Shown: positions 49,633 through 58,886 of the stretch, one piece after another
Numbering within the stretch: position 1 is the first letter of the stretch
How the letters are laid out: every line of letters starts with the position of its first letter
DNA from: Vampirovibrionaceae bacterium NZW_1234
GTDB taxonomy: Bacteria > Cyanobacteriota > Vampirovibrionia > Vampirovibrionales > JAGQHJ01
Direction of reading: 5' to 3'
DNA length: 64,000 nt
NCBI GenBank assembly: GCA_041697335.1
Contig: JBGUGD010000023.1
Location: 64,001 to 128,000, forward strand
The notes under the pieces: model-generated
Seen by the model: the letters and a program-made list of their open reading frames with translations, nothing else
Database searches by the model: none
Told to the model about the DNA's origin: nothing
Program-made: the position numbers and the translations under genes

Positions 49633-50190
49633 TTACTCAAGCATCAATTCCATTTCGAGGGTTATTGGGCAATTTTTAAACACCCGATTTTCGTCGAGGG
49701 TAACAAATCCAAGCTCCCGGTATAGGCGGGTGGCTGCTGTGAATTCCCGCAAGGTGGCCAGAAAGACTTTGCGATAACCCAGTGCTCTGGCTTTGGCAAT
49801 GAGTCCTTGGGTCAGCGCTCGTCCAAGTCCATGGCCGCGATAACGCGGGTGAAGATACAGTTTGACGATTTCGCCCAGAACCTCGTTCTGGTGATATTGG
49901 GGGTCGGCTTGTTTTAGAGCGGCTGATCCGACGATGTTCTGCTCTGAATCCTGAAGAATCCAGAAGCATCCTTGAGTTGGATTGAGGGCCGTTTCCAGTT
50001 CCGAATAAATATGTCCCTTCTTTTGGGCTTCCTCCACCAGCAGAGCGCCATGGGCAAATTCTCCCGGCAGGATCTCCGCCATTAAGTTCAACACCTTGGC
50101 TATGTCCGATTCGGCGCCATCTTTCAAGGTTAACCCCACGTTTTTTAAGTGCAGGGTGAGCGTGGAATCCGGCATGTGCACACGTCTCAT
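49633..50190 (-). CDS. GNAT family N-acetyltransferase
   Basis: KLYLHPRYRGHGLG and A..LYRELGF motifs. Confidence 0.92.
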   Translation of the reverse strand: MRRVHMPDSTLTLHLKNVGLTLKDGAESDIAKVLNLMAEILPGEFAHGALLVEEAQKKGHIYSELETALNPTQGCFWILQDSEQNIVGSAALKQADPQYHQNEVLGEIVKLYLHPRYRGHGLGRALTQGLIAKARALGYRKVFLATLREFTAATRLYRELGFVTLDENRVFKNCPITLEMELMLE

Positions 50191-50410
50191 AAAAGCCTCT
50201 TTTTCAATGAAAACGGCTCCGTAAATGATAGCCCTGTTTCTACGATTAAAATCGTAGAAATCAGTATTCCAGATGTCTCATAGTCTAACACCAAATGAAT
50301 CATTTAGACAAATCATTTTTGCGCATGGCACTCGTACTATTTTTTATCTATCTAAGCATCCCAATTGTTTACTACGGTATAATTTCAGATTCAATCGAAG
50401 GGTACGAGGT

Positions 50411-51037
50411 ATGATTCTCAAACAACCTGGGCCGACAGGGACGTCGGCTCCTCCCAAGCTGGGAGTTTATACGGTCCCGTACTCCCTGCAAGGAAAGCCT
50501 GAAGTGGCTCAACTTGCAGTTAAAGCCATTCAAAATGAAGTCCGTTTGCTGCAAGGAGACGATTTTCCCTTTGTGGCCCATTACAATGGCGGAACCATGT
50601 CTCCGCGGGACGCCGATAGCTTCAAGGCGTCTTACACCATTTATATGGGAAAACATGCGGACTTTTTTAAGCGGTACCAGAAGGTTTCCAATCGTGAAAA
50701 TGATGTGTTTCTCCAATACCGCGATGCCATTGATGCGGTGAACACGAGTAAACGTCATGATGCAACGGAAAAGCAAGCCATGCTTGCCCGCGTGCACGAT
50801 TATTTTAAACCTCGCTATGACCTGATCAAAGGTCGCTACGACAAGATGATCAAGGCCTTCCGCCGAATGGTGAAAAAAATGGATGACACCCCCATTCCGG
50901 CAGAAAAAATTCTGACCAGTTTGAAACAGGGTGTCTTTGATGTCTATACAGGTCACATTCGGCGCTTTGCGCCTCCGGGTTCAGGTCGGATTCCACGGGA
51001 TGCTGCCGCCCAGACCCGAGTCCGCATCAGCGCTTAG
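50411..51037 (+). CDS. hypothetical protein
   Basis: ATG preceded by GAGGT; downstream terminator. Confidence 0.75.
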   Translation: MILKQPGPTGTSAPPKLGVYTVPYSLQGKPEVAQLAVKAIQNEVRLLQGDDFPFVAHYNGGTMSPRDADSFKASYTIYMGKHADFFKRYQKVSNRENDVFLQYRDAIDAVNTSKRHDATEKQAMLARVHDYFKPRYDLIKGRYDKMIKAFRRMVKKMDDTPIPAEKILTSLKQGVFDVYTGHIRRFAPPGSGRIPRDAAAQTRVRISA

Positions 51038-51057
51038 ATAGACAATTCCATTTCCAT

Positions 51058-51094
51058 AAAACCCAAGTTGCCACGGACGGTGACTTGGGTTTTT
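51058..51094 (+). terminator. intrinsic (possibly bidirectional) terminator
   Basis: AAAACCCAAGT...ACTTGGGTTTTT. Confidence 0.75.
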
Positions 51095-51328
51095 AGGTTG
51101 TTTTTACACTACCAACTTTTTTGAAACGAGGCATTGTATTCGACAGATGTCCCAGGCGTTTTCGGGATACCCATGGGTTTTGGCTGAGCGTCCGGAGAAC
51201 AACATCGCCTAGCGACGCCAGACTCATCATTGCGGGTCACAGGATGCCTCGGTCAGCTACGCCGAAGCAGTCAATGACATCATGAAAGGTTGTCTCTATA
51301 GTAATTTGGACACGTCGATAGGGATGAT

Positions 51329-51958
51329 TTGGTGTTGGGTAATCTGAAGTTGCTGTTTCAGCCCAAACTGTTTTGGCTGGCCCTGGTGCTGATGTATGTC
51401 GTGCCTCAAGGCGCCAGTGCCGAGTCATCGGACATGCAAATTACGGAAGCCACCCACTATTTTCGTCGCCTGATGCTTGAATCCACCAACCCGGTCATTG
51501 CCACCATGGCCCAGTGGAGTCTGGATTATCTGCATCAAGACGACCATGCCAGAACGCTCAGGTCGGTTGAGATTCCATTGACCTCCTCCGGGAGTTCGGG
51601 CTTGATGGTGACTGCGCAAATCTCGGCCAAGAGCCAGCGGGTGCAACACGGCCAGTTTATGTTTGATACCGGCTCCACCTACTCGTTGATCACACCTCGG
51701 TTTGCGCGACAACTGGGTATTCAGATTACCTCCAACACTCCCCATCGCTTAATCTATACCGCCAACGGCAGTATGACTGTTCCCCTGGTCGAGCTGGACA
51801 ATGTCACTGTAGGGGCCTACCGAATCCCGAAACTCCAAGCTGTCATCAAAGACATCGGCGATAACGAAGGTTCCCTGGCGGGCCTATTCGGCATGAATGT
51901 CTTCCAAAACCACGATTTCTCCCTCCAAAAAAACAAGGTCATCGTGTATCTGAAATAG
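51329..51958 (+). CDS. retropepsin-like (clan AA) aspartic protease
   Basis: FMFDTGST, TANG and GLFGMN motifs; signal peptide. Confidence 0.88.
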   Translation: MVLGNLKLLFQPKLFWLALVLMYVVPQGASAESSDMQITEATHYFRRLMLESTNPVIATMAQWSLDYLHQDDHARTLRSVEIPLTSSGSSGLMVTAQISAKSQRVQHGQFMFDTGSTYSLITPRFARQLGIQITSNTPHRLIYTANGSMTVPLVELDNVTVGAYRIPKLQAVIKDIGDNEGSLAGLFGMNVFQNHDFSLQKNKVIVYLK

Positions 51959-52185
51959 AAACCGTAATTACGGTATTATTGAGCAGCAAAATAGCAGACC
52001 TGTTCTTTGTCTAATGATTTTCCTTGCCGTGTGTCAGGACTGGTGCTAAACAGATAATTGTGACTGAAAAAGCGATGTTACCCTATGATAAATCAAGGAT
52101 CAGTGTTGACGACTTATAATAATAGAAGCAACTGCCTAATGATTTTTTGAGATAAGTGCAGCCTAAATAGTGTAGATTAAATTAG

Positions 52186-53220
52186 GTGATGAAAAAGGTA
52201 CTTATAATTTCATTTACAAGTGTTGGAGACACTATCTTATGCATACCTATGTATAAGGCTCTAGGTACCAGCCCGAATATTAGTCGAGTGGACCTTCTTA
52301 TCTTTAACACGACGATTCGGGATTTATTAATTGGGCAGCCGGTCAATCTGATATACTTTCCATCCCCGAGCAATATATTTTCGTTTTCCATTAAGTTTTT
52401 GATGCTCCTAAAAACCGAAAAATATGATGTTTTCATTCTTCCTAAACCTTCGATATTTATACCTCTCTTGGCTTTTCTTATGAGAGTTCCGGAAATCATC
52501 AGCTATGAAGAGCGGCCCAATATTTTTTCTTATTTGAGTCGGTTTCTTCGTGATTTACAAAGAATTGCTCCACAAAAATTGAAGTGCTGGATTAGCAAAA
52601 TAGAATCACGCTTACCCTACCCGTATTCTCGCTGGGGTGGCTTTTTAACCCATCCTATTTTTGTTGAGCATCCAGAAGAAGGCGTTTATGTCAGGCATTC
52701 GAGAAATACATTTGTAAATCCTCTTGGCGTGGTAGTTACAGATAATTCCTTAGATGTAAACTACACATCTCAAGATAAAGTATCTGTTGAGCTTCTATTA
52801 AAGCAACATTCGGTTGATATAAATAGGCCTATTGCTATTTTTAATTGTTTTGCATCATCACAAGAGAAATCTATTCCATTAGAACATTATGCTTTATCAC
52901 TATCCTACTTAAGGGATAAGGGGTATCAGATCATTTGCACTGGTGCACTTGATACGAGTAAGCTTTATGATGAATTCAGAGTGAATCATCATTTAGAAAG
53001 TATGGTTAATTTAGCGGGTCAAACTACAATTCGTGAACTCGTTTACCTCTGCTCTAAAGCTGATATTTTACTGACGATTGATACGGGAACATTCCATGTA
53101 GGAATTGCTTCAAAAACGCCCCAGATATTTGTTCTATTTAAGTCCACAAATCCTGACAATTGGCTACCGGAGGAACAAGAAACAAAAATCGTACCAATAG
53201 TGACCGAAAACAACCCCTAA
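52186..53220 (+). CDS. glycosyltransferase family 9 (heptosyltransferase-like)
   Basis: SVGDTIL, NLAGQTTIREL and IDTGTFH motifs. Confidence 0.88.
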   Translation: MMKKVLIISFTSVGDTILCIPMYKALGTSPNISRVDLLIFNTTIRDLLIGQPVNLIYFPSPSNIFSFSIKFLMLLKTEKYDVFILPKPSIFIPLLAFLMRVPEIISYEERPNIFSYLSRFLRDLQRIAPQKLKCWISKIESRLPYPYSRWGGFLTHPIFVEHPEEGVYVRHSRNTFVNPLGVVVTDNSLDVNYTSQDKVSVELLLKQHSVDINRPIAIFNCFASSQEKSIPLEHYALSLSYLRDKGYQIICTGALDTSKLYDEFRVNHHLESMVNLAGQTTIRELVYLCSKADILLTIDTGTFHVGIASKTPQIFVLFKSTNPDNWLPEEQETKIVPIVTENNP

Positions 53221-53602
53221 AAACGTTTATCAAACACCAAGGCTGCAAATTTCAGGGTATAGAGATACAATTAGAAGATTATATATTCGAGGTTGTCAAA
53301 ACAGAAACAGATCTACGTTAACTAAACTTCTCGGGAATTAGACAACATTGCTGTTTCTGAGACAAATCTTGTTGAATTGTGGCGTGAATATTTGAACATG
53401 CGAAGCCCTACAGTATGCTATAATAAGGTTCTCTTTTGTATGTTTCGATTAACTCTGGGAAGCGTCAAGGGTATGGGTTCTCGCGAAGTCTTTCAAAACG
53501 ATTTTAAGAGGCTTTATGAGATGCAAGGTTTGTATTTCATTGCTCTCGACTTTTTGGGGTTAGTAACCTTATTGAAGAGCTGCCCATACTGGAGCTTTTG
53601 CG

Positions 53603-54505
53603 ATGCAACCTATTGATTCGAATCTACTGGTAGAGCTTGAGACCCATTTTAAGCTTTATTCTTCTCAGGTAGCTCAGAATGCAAAGAAGCCAAGAGGCCT
53701 TTTAGGGACCCTAAATCATTGGTTGTCTTTGTGCTTGCCCTCTAAATTATATAATTTATTCCGTTCCTCCTCCTGCTATCGAAACTTTTACCTGTTTTTT
53801 CGACGCAAAGCTTTGTTGACTCCCGATCCGGCTTTACTTGCTTTGTACTCCCAATTTATTACTCCAGATATGGTATGTTTTGATGTTGGTTCCCATTTAG
53901 GCTCTCGTATTACCGCTTTTCTTGCATTAGGGGCAAGAGTCATTGCTTGTGAACCTCAAAAAAATTGTGTCGCTATCTTGAGTTGTCTTTTTGATAATTC
54001 TTCTCGTGTAAATCTAATCCCGAAAGCGATAGGGAGCGCGACTGGCGTTACAGAGATTCAGATATGTAACAATACGCTGGTATCTTCCTTGAACCCTTCT
54101 TTTACTAAAAGCATGTTAGATACAGGGTGGAAAATTGTCTCAATTGCAACTCAACGTGTGGATGTGACGACTTTGGACTCGTTGATTGCGGAGTATGGGG
54201 TGCCGGGTTTTTGTAAAATTGATGTTGAAGGCTTTGAGTCGGCGGTTTTACAGGGGCTGACAAGCCCAATTCCAGCTTTGAGCTTTGAATTTCATATGTG
54301 GACACCAGAAATGAGAGAGGCTCTTTTAGATTGCTTGGCTCAGCTTGAGTCTTTAGGGCAGTATCAGTTTAACTTTTCTTTGGGGATGACCTACACGTTG
54401 GCGCTATCTTCATGGGTCGGTAAAGACGAATTACAAGACATGTTAATGAATAGACTGCCTCACGATGCTGAAGGCGATATTTACGCCAAACTGATTTCGG
54501 CATAA
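53603..54505 (+). CDS. FkbM family methyltransferase
   Basis: FDVGSHLG, ACEP and KIDVEGFE motifs. Confidence 0.92.
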   Translation: MQPIDSNLLVELETHFKLYSSQVAQNAKKPRGLLGTLNHWLSLCLPSKLYNLFRSSSCYRNFYLFFRRKALLTPDPALLALYSQFITPDMVCFDVGSHLGSRITAFLALGARVIACEPQKNCVAILSCLFDNSSRVNLIPKAIGSATGVTEIQICNNTLVSSLNPSFTKSMLDTGWKIVSIATQRVDVTTLDSLIAEYGVPGFCKIDVEGFESAVLQGLTSPIPALSFEFHMWTPEMREALLDCLAQLESLGQYQFNFSLGMTYTLALSSWVGKDELQDMLMNRLPHDAEGDIYAKLISA

Positions 54506-54811
54506 AGCAAAAGACAAGCAACTTGTCTGGTGGTCTTGTGAAACTGGCATAGTCGTTGTCGGATCAAACTCGTTGGGGCGTGCATAGACGCTTTATTAAA
54601 TCCTGGCTCTCCTGGTAGACGTCTATCAATTTCCTATCGGATTGGTGCCTGCGAGTTCAGACTTCTTGAACTAAAGGTCAGTCAAATCATAAATAGCTGA
54701 GAATGATGACAAAATCACGCGTTCCTATTTTGTGAGGTTCGTACTCGTGCAATGAAGTGCTAGACTAGAGCTATTGCAAACTCTAGTGAACTGGTATTGT
54801 TTGTGAATATA

Positions 54812-56047
54812 ATGCCCAAGCCCATTGCTGAACAGGTTGATCATGCGCCCCATATATCCAAGACGGCGGCGTTGTGTTGGTTTGGGTGGGTGTTTGATTT
54901 TTATGACTTGATCCTGATTGCCTTTCTCATTCCGGCCATTGAGGAGTCGCTGCATTTGGATGTCAAGGCTGGGGCATGGCTTTTAGGTGTGGGCTTGGGG
55001 GCTTCGGGACTGGGCGGTATTTTGTTTGGGTGGTTGGCGGATTTGTATGGGCGTAAAAAGATTCTGACGGTGACTGTGTTGCTGTTTTCGCTGGGGATGC
55101 TGGCCACCGGGTTCACCCAGACAGCATGGCAGTTTTTAATTGCCCGTTTTATTACCGGCCTTGGCCTGGGCGGGGAGTGGGCTGTTGGGCATGCGCTGAT
55201 TGCCGAGTCTGTTCCGGCGGCAAAGCGGGCCCGATGGAGCGCTTTTTTACAAAGCGGGGAACCGGTCGGGGTTGCCATTGCTGCCGTGATGGGGTTTATG
55301 GTTGCTCCGGTGATTGGCTGGCGAAATGTCTTGATTTTATCGTCATTGACCGGGCTATTGGCGCTGCTGTTTCGGCGTCACCTGACGGAGTCGCCGTTGT
55401 GGCTGGCTTCTCCCGCCTTGCGCTCTCGCGAGCGCCTGGAAGCCTTGAAGCCCTTTTTGCGGAATTACAAAGGCCTGATGCTGATTGCCTTTATTTTGGC
55501 CGTATTTAAGCTGGGCACCTATTGGACCTGCTACACGTGGTTGCCCCGGTTTATCAAGGCTTCGTTTGGGCTGGAGCTTCATAAGTCGGCCCTGTGGATT
55601 TTGTGCGGGCAGTTGGGGCAGTTTATCGGGATGTATGCCTTTGGCCTGGTTGCCGATAAGATTGGCCGCCGCTGGGCCTTTACCGGATTTTCCCTGTTGA
55701 CTGCCATGGCGTTGTTGCCTCTGGCCGTGTTCTGGCATGAGCTCTTTGCCGATTGGCCGACCTTGTTTTGGGCGTTGATTTTTCTGCTGGGCTTTGGCTC
55801 CGGCTGTACTGCCGGGTTTGGGGCCTTGCTGTCGGAATTGTTCCCCACGGTGCAGCGGACCTTTGCCATGGGTACCGTATATAGTCTTGCCAGAGGGGTG
55901 CAGATTTTTGCACCCGTTATTGTGGCTTCCGCTGTCAGTGAGGCGGGCTTGATGGGAGGATTGCTGGTACCGACTACGCTGGCGGTTTTAACGGCGCTGT
56001 GGGTTTGGACATTGCCGGAGCGGAAAGGGACTTCGCTGGCGGCTTAA
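54812..56047 (+). CDS. MFS transporter
   Basis: GWLADLYGRK, RFITGLGLGGEW and ELFPT motifs. Confidence 0.95.
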   Translation: MPKPIAEQVDHAPHISKTAALCWFGWVFDFYDLILIAFLIPAIEESLHLDVKAGAWLLGVGLGASGLGGILFGWLADLYGRKKILTVTVLLFSLGMLATGFTQTAWQFLIARFITGLGLGGEWAVGHALIAESVPAAKRARWSAFLQSGEPVGVAIAAVMGFMVAPVIGWRNVLILSSLTGLLALLFRRHLTESPLWLASPALRSRERLEALKPFLRNYKGLMLIAFILAVFKLGTYWTCYTWLPRFIKASFGLELHKSALWILCGQLGQFIGMYAFGLVADKIGRRWAFTGFSLLTAMALLPLAVFWHELFADWPTLFWALIFLLGFGSGCTAGFGALLSELFPTVQRTFAMGTVYSLARGVQIFAPVIVASAVSEAGLMGGLLVPTTLAVLTALWVWTLPERKGTSLAA

Positions 56048-56209
56048 GGCTCCGCGGACTGAATGCTCTGTAAATATTTCGTAATACACGTCGGGCTTTT
56101 GGCAATTCAGCATCTTGAGCGAGTATCTTTAAACTAACCCCACCCTGAAGCAAATTGGCTCTGTGTGCTTCTGGAACGGGGTGTGATGTCCTATAGGAGT
56201 TTCCACCCG

Positions 56210-57100
56210 ATGAACGTAATTTCTTTTCAACCCGCGTTTCAAGCCGTCCAGTCCAAGGCATCCGGCTTGATGCGCCAGCAATTGAAACAAGGTTTACTGC
56301 CGTTGGCATCGACCCAGGCCAAGGATACCGTCACGTTCCGGGGGCGCGGGGATGATTATGATGCGCCTCGCAACCTGTCTCCAAGCGAGAAGAAATATGG
56401 GGAAGCCCTGGCTCTGGCAGAGCGGGTGACCCAGCAAGACACCCCCAAGCTGACGCTGTCGAAGCGGGCCGGGCAAATTGAGAAGCTCTTTGCCGAGGCC
56501 GTCGAATTGGGTGTCAAGGAAGGCAACGCCAACCTGGTCTACAGCGTTGGCCTCGTGAACCATCATGGGGTTGAGCGCTTTTATGAGAACGGCTTGGGTG
56601 GTGTGCACCGGTATCATCAACTGCCCAAAACCGCAGACAAAGGGCAAGCAGAACCATTGGATAAATGGATTGTGGTGCCCAATTACGAGTTGGGTATGGA
56701 CTATTTCCGCAAGGCGGCCCAAGTGGCGCAAAAGACCGGCGATAGCTGGACCATGATGAATGTGGCCCGCAAGTTTAGCGATGGCCTGCGTCGGCATTCG
56801 GCGGATCGTCCCAGCTTGCCCATCACCCCGGAGATGTGCCACAACGAAGCCAAGGATTATCTGGGTCAGGCGGTGTCGCTGGCTCGTAGAACCCTGGCCG
56901 ATGTTCCCAAACCGGAGAACTTCCGGGTTGCGGATAACGTGAAGTATGCCGTCGGTGTGCTCCGCAAGGTGGATGACATCTACCGCAACGGTGCTGAGAT
57001 GGATCGCTATGATGACGCTCGCAAGACCTTTCCGCCGATGCCTGAAAAGGCCGAGGAGCTGGCACCCTTGCTGGCTAAGTTTGCCAAAGTGGTTGTCTAG
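56210..57100 (+). CDS. hypothetical helical protein (DTVTFRG N-terminal motif)
   Basis: SD AGGAG; Sel1/TPR-like helices (GMDYFRKAAQ, AKDYLGQA). Confidence 0.8.
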   Translation: MNVISFQPAFQAVQSKASGLMRQQLKQGLLPLASTQAKDTVTFRGRGDDYDAPRNLSPSEKKYGEALALAERVTQQDTPKLTLSKRAGQIEKLFAEAVELGVKEGNANLVYSVGLVNHHGVERFYENGLGGVHRYHQLPKTADKGQAEPLDKWIVVPNYELGMDYFRKAAQVAQKTGDSWTMMNVARKFSDGLRRHSADRPSLPITPEMCHNEAKDYLGQAVSLARRTLADVPKPENFRVADNVKYAVGVLRKVDDIYRNGAEMDRYDDARKTFPPMPEKAEELAPLLAKFAKVVV

Positions 57101-57163
57101 CCGGATTGAACTGGCAAGTATGATGCAGCCGAGCCGTATCCTTCGTGGTGTGGCTCGGTTTGC

Positions 57164-58093
57164 TTAGTAAGCTCGCGGGGGAATGCCGTGGACCAGGAGA
57201 TCGATGATGCGGTCGCTGATGGGGTAGCCGGAGAGCTGCTCATCCAGGATGAACACGGGTGTGGGGTTGCCTTCGAAGAAGACGTATTCGCCCTCCGGGG
57301 TGCGGCGCAGGTCGATGCCGGTGAAGACCAGTTTAAGGACATCGGCCAGGCGTTTGCAGTCGGTCAGAACCTCGTCGGGGAGGGTGATGGGCACCCGCTT
57401 GGCTTCGTCGTCCTCTCGAAAGTCCAGGGTGGTGCTGTGGATCTCCATGGCAAACATCTCGTTGCCCACCAGGTAGGCTCGGATGTCCGTGCCGGGGATG
57501 AACTCCTGGAGCTTCACGGGTGAGTTGGCCAGGGTTTTGAGGCGCTCGGAGGTCAGGTCCTCGTCTTTTAAGAGGGTGGTGTGGGCCCAGCCTCGGACGG
57601 GTTTGAAGATGACCTGCTTGTTCAGGCGTTCGTAGAAGGCGATTAATTCGTCCGGGTCGTTGGTGATGAGGGTTTCGGGGACGCGGATGCCCGCCTGGTT
57701 GAGGAGTTGGAGCTGATAGCCCTTGTACTTGTGCATTTCCACCGACTCCCAGGGGTTGACCCAGGGGCAATCGAGGACCCGGCAGAAGCTGCCGATGGCC
57801 GATTCGATGTTCCAGTAGACGATTTCGTTGAGCATGGGGTCGTCTTCGTGGGGGGCGTTGACCCCTTTGGACCAGCGGCGGTAGACGCCCTGAATATCGG
57901 AGAAGGCCACCTTGGGTTCGGAGGGGGAGGCCTGGAAGAAGCCTTCGCATGGGCTTTCGGGTTTGTAGGATATCAAGGTCACCGTGGGATACTGGGTGGT
58001 ATCGAACATGGTGGTCTTGAGCCCCCGTTGATGCATTTTGGATTGCATGTAGACGGAGGGGTAATCATCCGGGGTGCCGACAATGAGAATCAT
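57164..58093 (-). CDS. RimK/MvdC-like ATP-grasp ligase
   Basis: WVNP, KGYQL, VPETLITND, IFKP, LQEFI, DFR, GIDL and FEGNP motifs. Confidence 0.9.
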   Translation of the reverse strand: MILIVGTPDDYPSVYMQSKMHQRGLKTTMFDTTQYPTVTLISYKPESPCEGFFQASPSEPKVAFSDIQGVYRRWSKGVNAPHEDDPMLNEIVYWNIESAIGSFCRVLDCPWVNPWESVEMHKYKGYQLQLLNQAGIRVPETLITNDPDELIAFYERLNKQVIFKPVRGWAHTTLLKDEDLTSERLKTLANSPVKLQEFIPGTDIRAYLVGNEMFAMEIHSTTLDFREDDEAKRVPITLPDEVLTDCKRLADVLKLVFTGIDLRRTPEGEYVFFEGNPTPVFILDEQLSGYPISDRIIDLLVHGIPPRAY

Positions 58094-58182
58094 AGGTCCA
58101 CTATAGCACGAGGGGGGCTTTTGCGGGTATGGGGGAGGGAGCGGTTGTCTGAGGTGAAGGAAACGGGATTTTCAACTCGTTT

Positions 58183-58519
58183 TTGCTCATTTTTGCTCAG
58201 GGTGACTTTGTTTTTGGTTTTTTGCCTCGTTTTTACTCAAAAATTACTCAGGGATTGAGTTGTTTTTTACCCAAAATTACTCAGGGCTTGAGTTATTTTT
58301 GTTGTTTTTTACTCAAAATTACTCAGGGCTTGAGGTATTTTTGTTGTTTTTTACTCAGAATTACTCAGGAATTGAGGTTTTTTGTTGTTTTTACTCGAAA
58401 TTACTCAGGGAGGTGGGGTTTTTGGTTTGTTTTTTACTCAAATTGACTCAGGATGTTGATTTTTTTACTCAGTTTTACTCAGGTTGTTGTTTTGGTTCAG
58501 GGTTACTCACCGATACTCA
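58183..58519. repeat. tandem array of TTACTCA heptamer pairs (~42-bp unit)
   Basis: Nine heptamer pairs separated by T tracts; unit TTTTTACTCAAAATTACTCAGGGCTTGAG. Confidence 0.92.
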
Positions 58520-58886
58520 CCCAGGTGGGGTGGGAGGGACTCGGGGGTAGGGTGTTGTGAATTTTGAAGGGTGTGATTAATTCAGGTGGTCTTGTTTGTT
58601 TTCCGGGTGTGTCATTCGGTAAAATGGCTTGAGGTAGGTAAATAGGGGTGTGTTATGGGTATTATTCCTGATTTGGGCTTGGTTTAAACCTGGTTTCTGT
58701 TTTTTGTGCCGTTGATGCCCAGAGGGCGATTGCGGCGGTCGTCTTTCGATGGGGCGTATTAAGCAGATTCGGAATGATTTTTGCGTCGCTTCCCATGGCG
58801 TTTCAAGAATACCGCTATTTGTCCAATGGCGGGTTTTTATCAGATTGGGGTAACCTGAAGTATCGAATTGGGAACCAGGATGAGCG

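Noticed and set aside
58183..58550. Repeat-encoded precursor peptide for the ATP-grasp ligase (e.g. FFTQNYSGL repeats) or a CRISPR array
   Set aside because: On the ligase strand all three frames are closed by stops. The + strand ORFs are T-tract shadows that shift frame, and the inter-repeat segments are not unique spacers.
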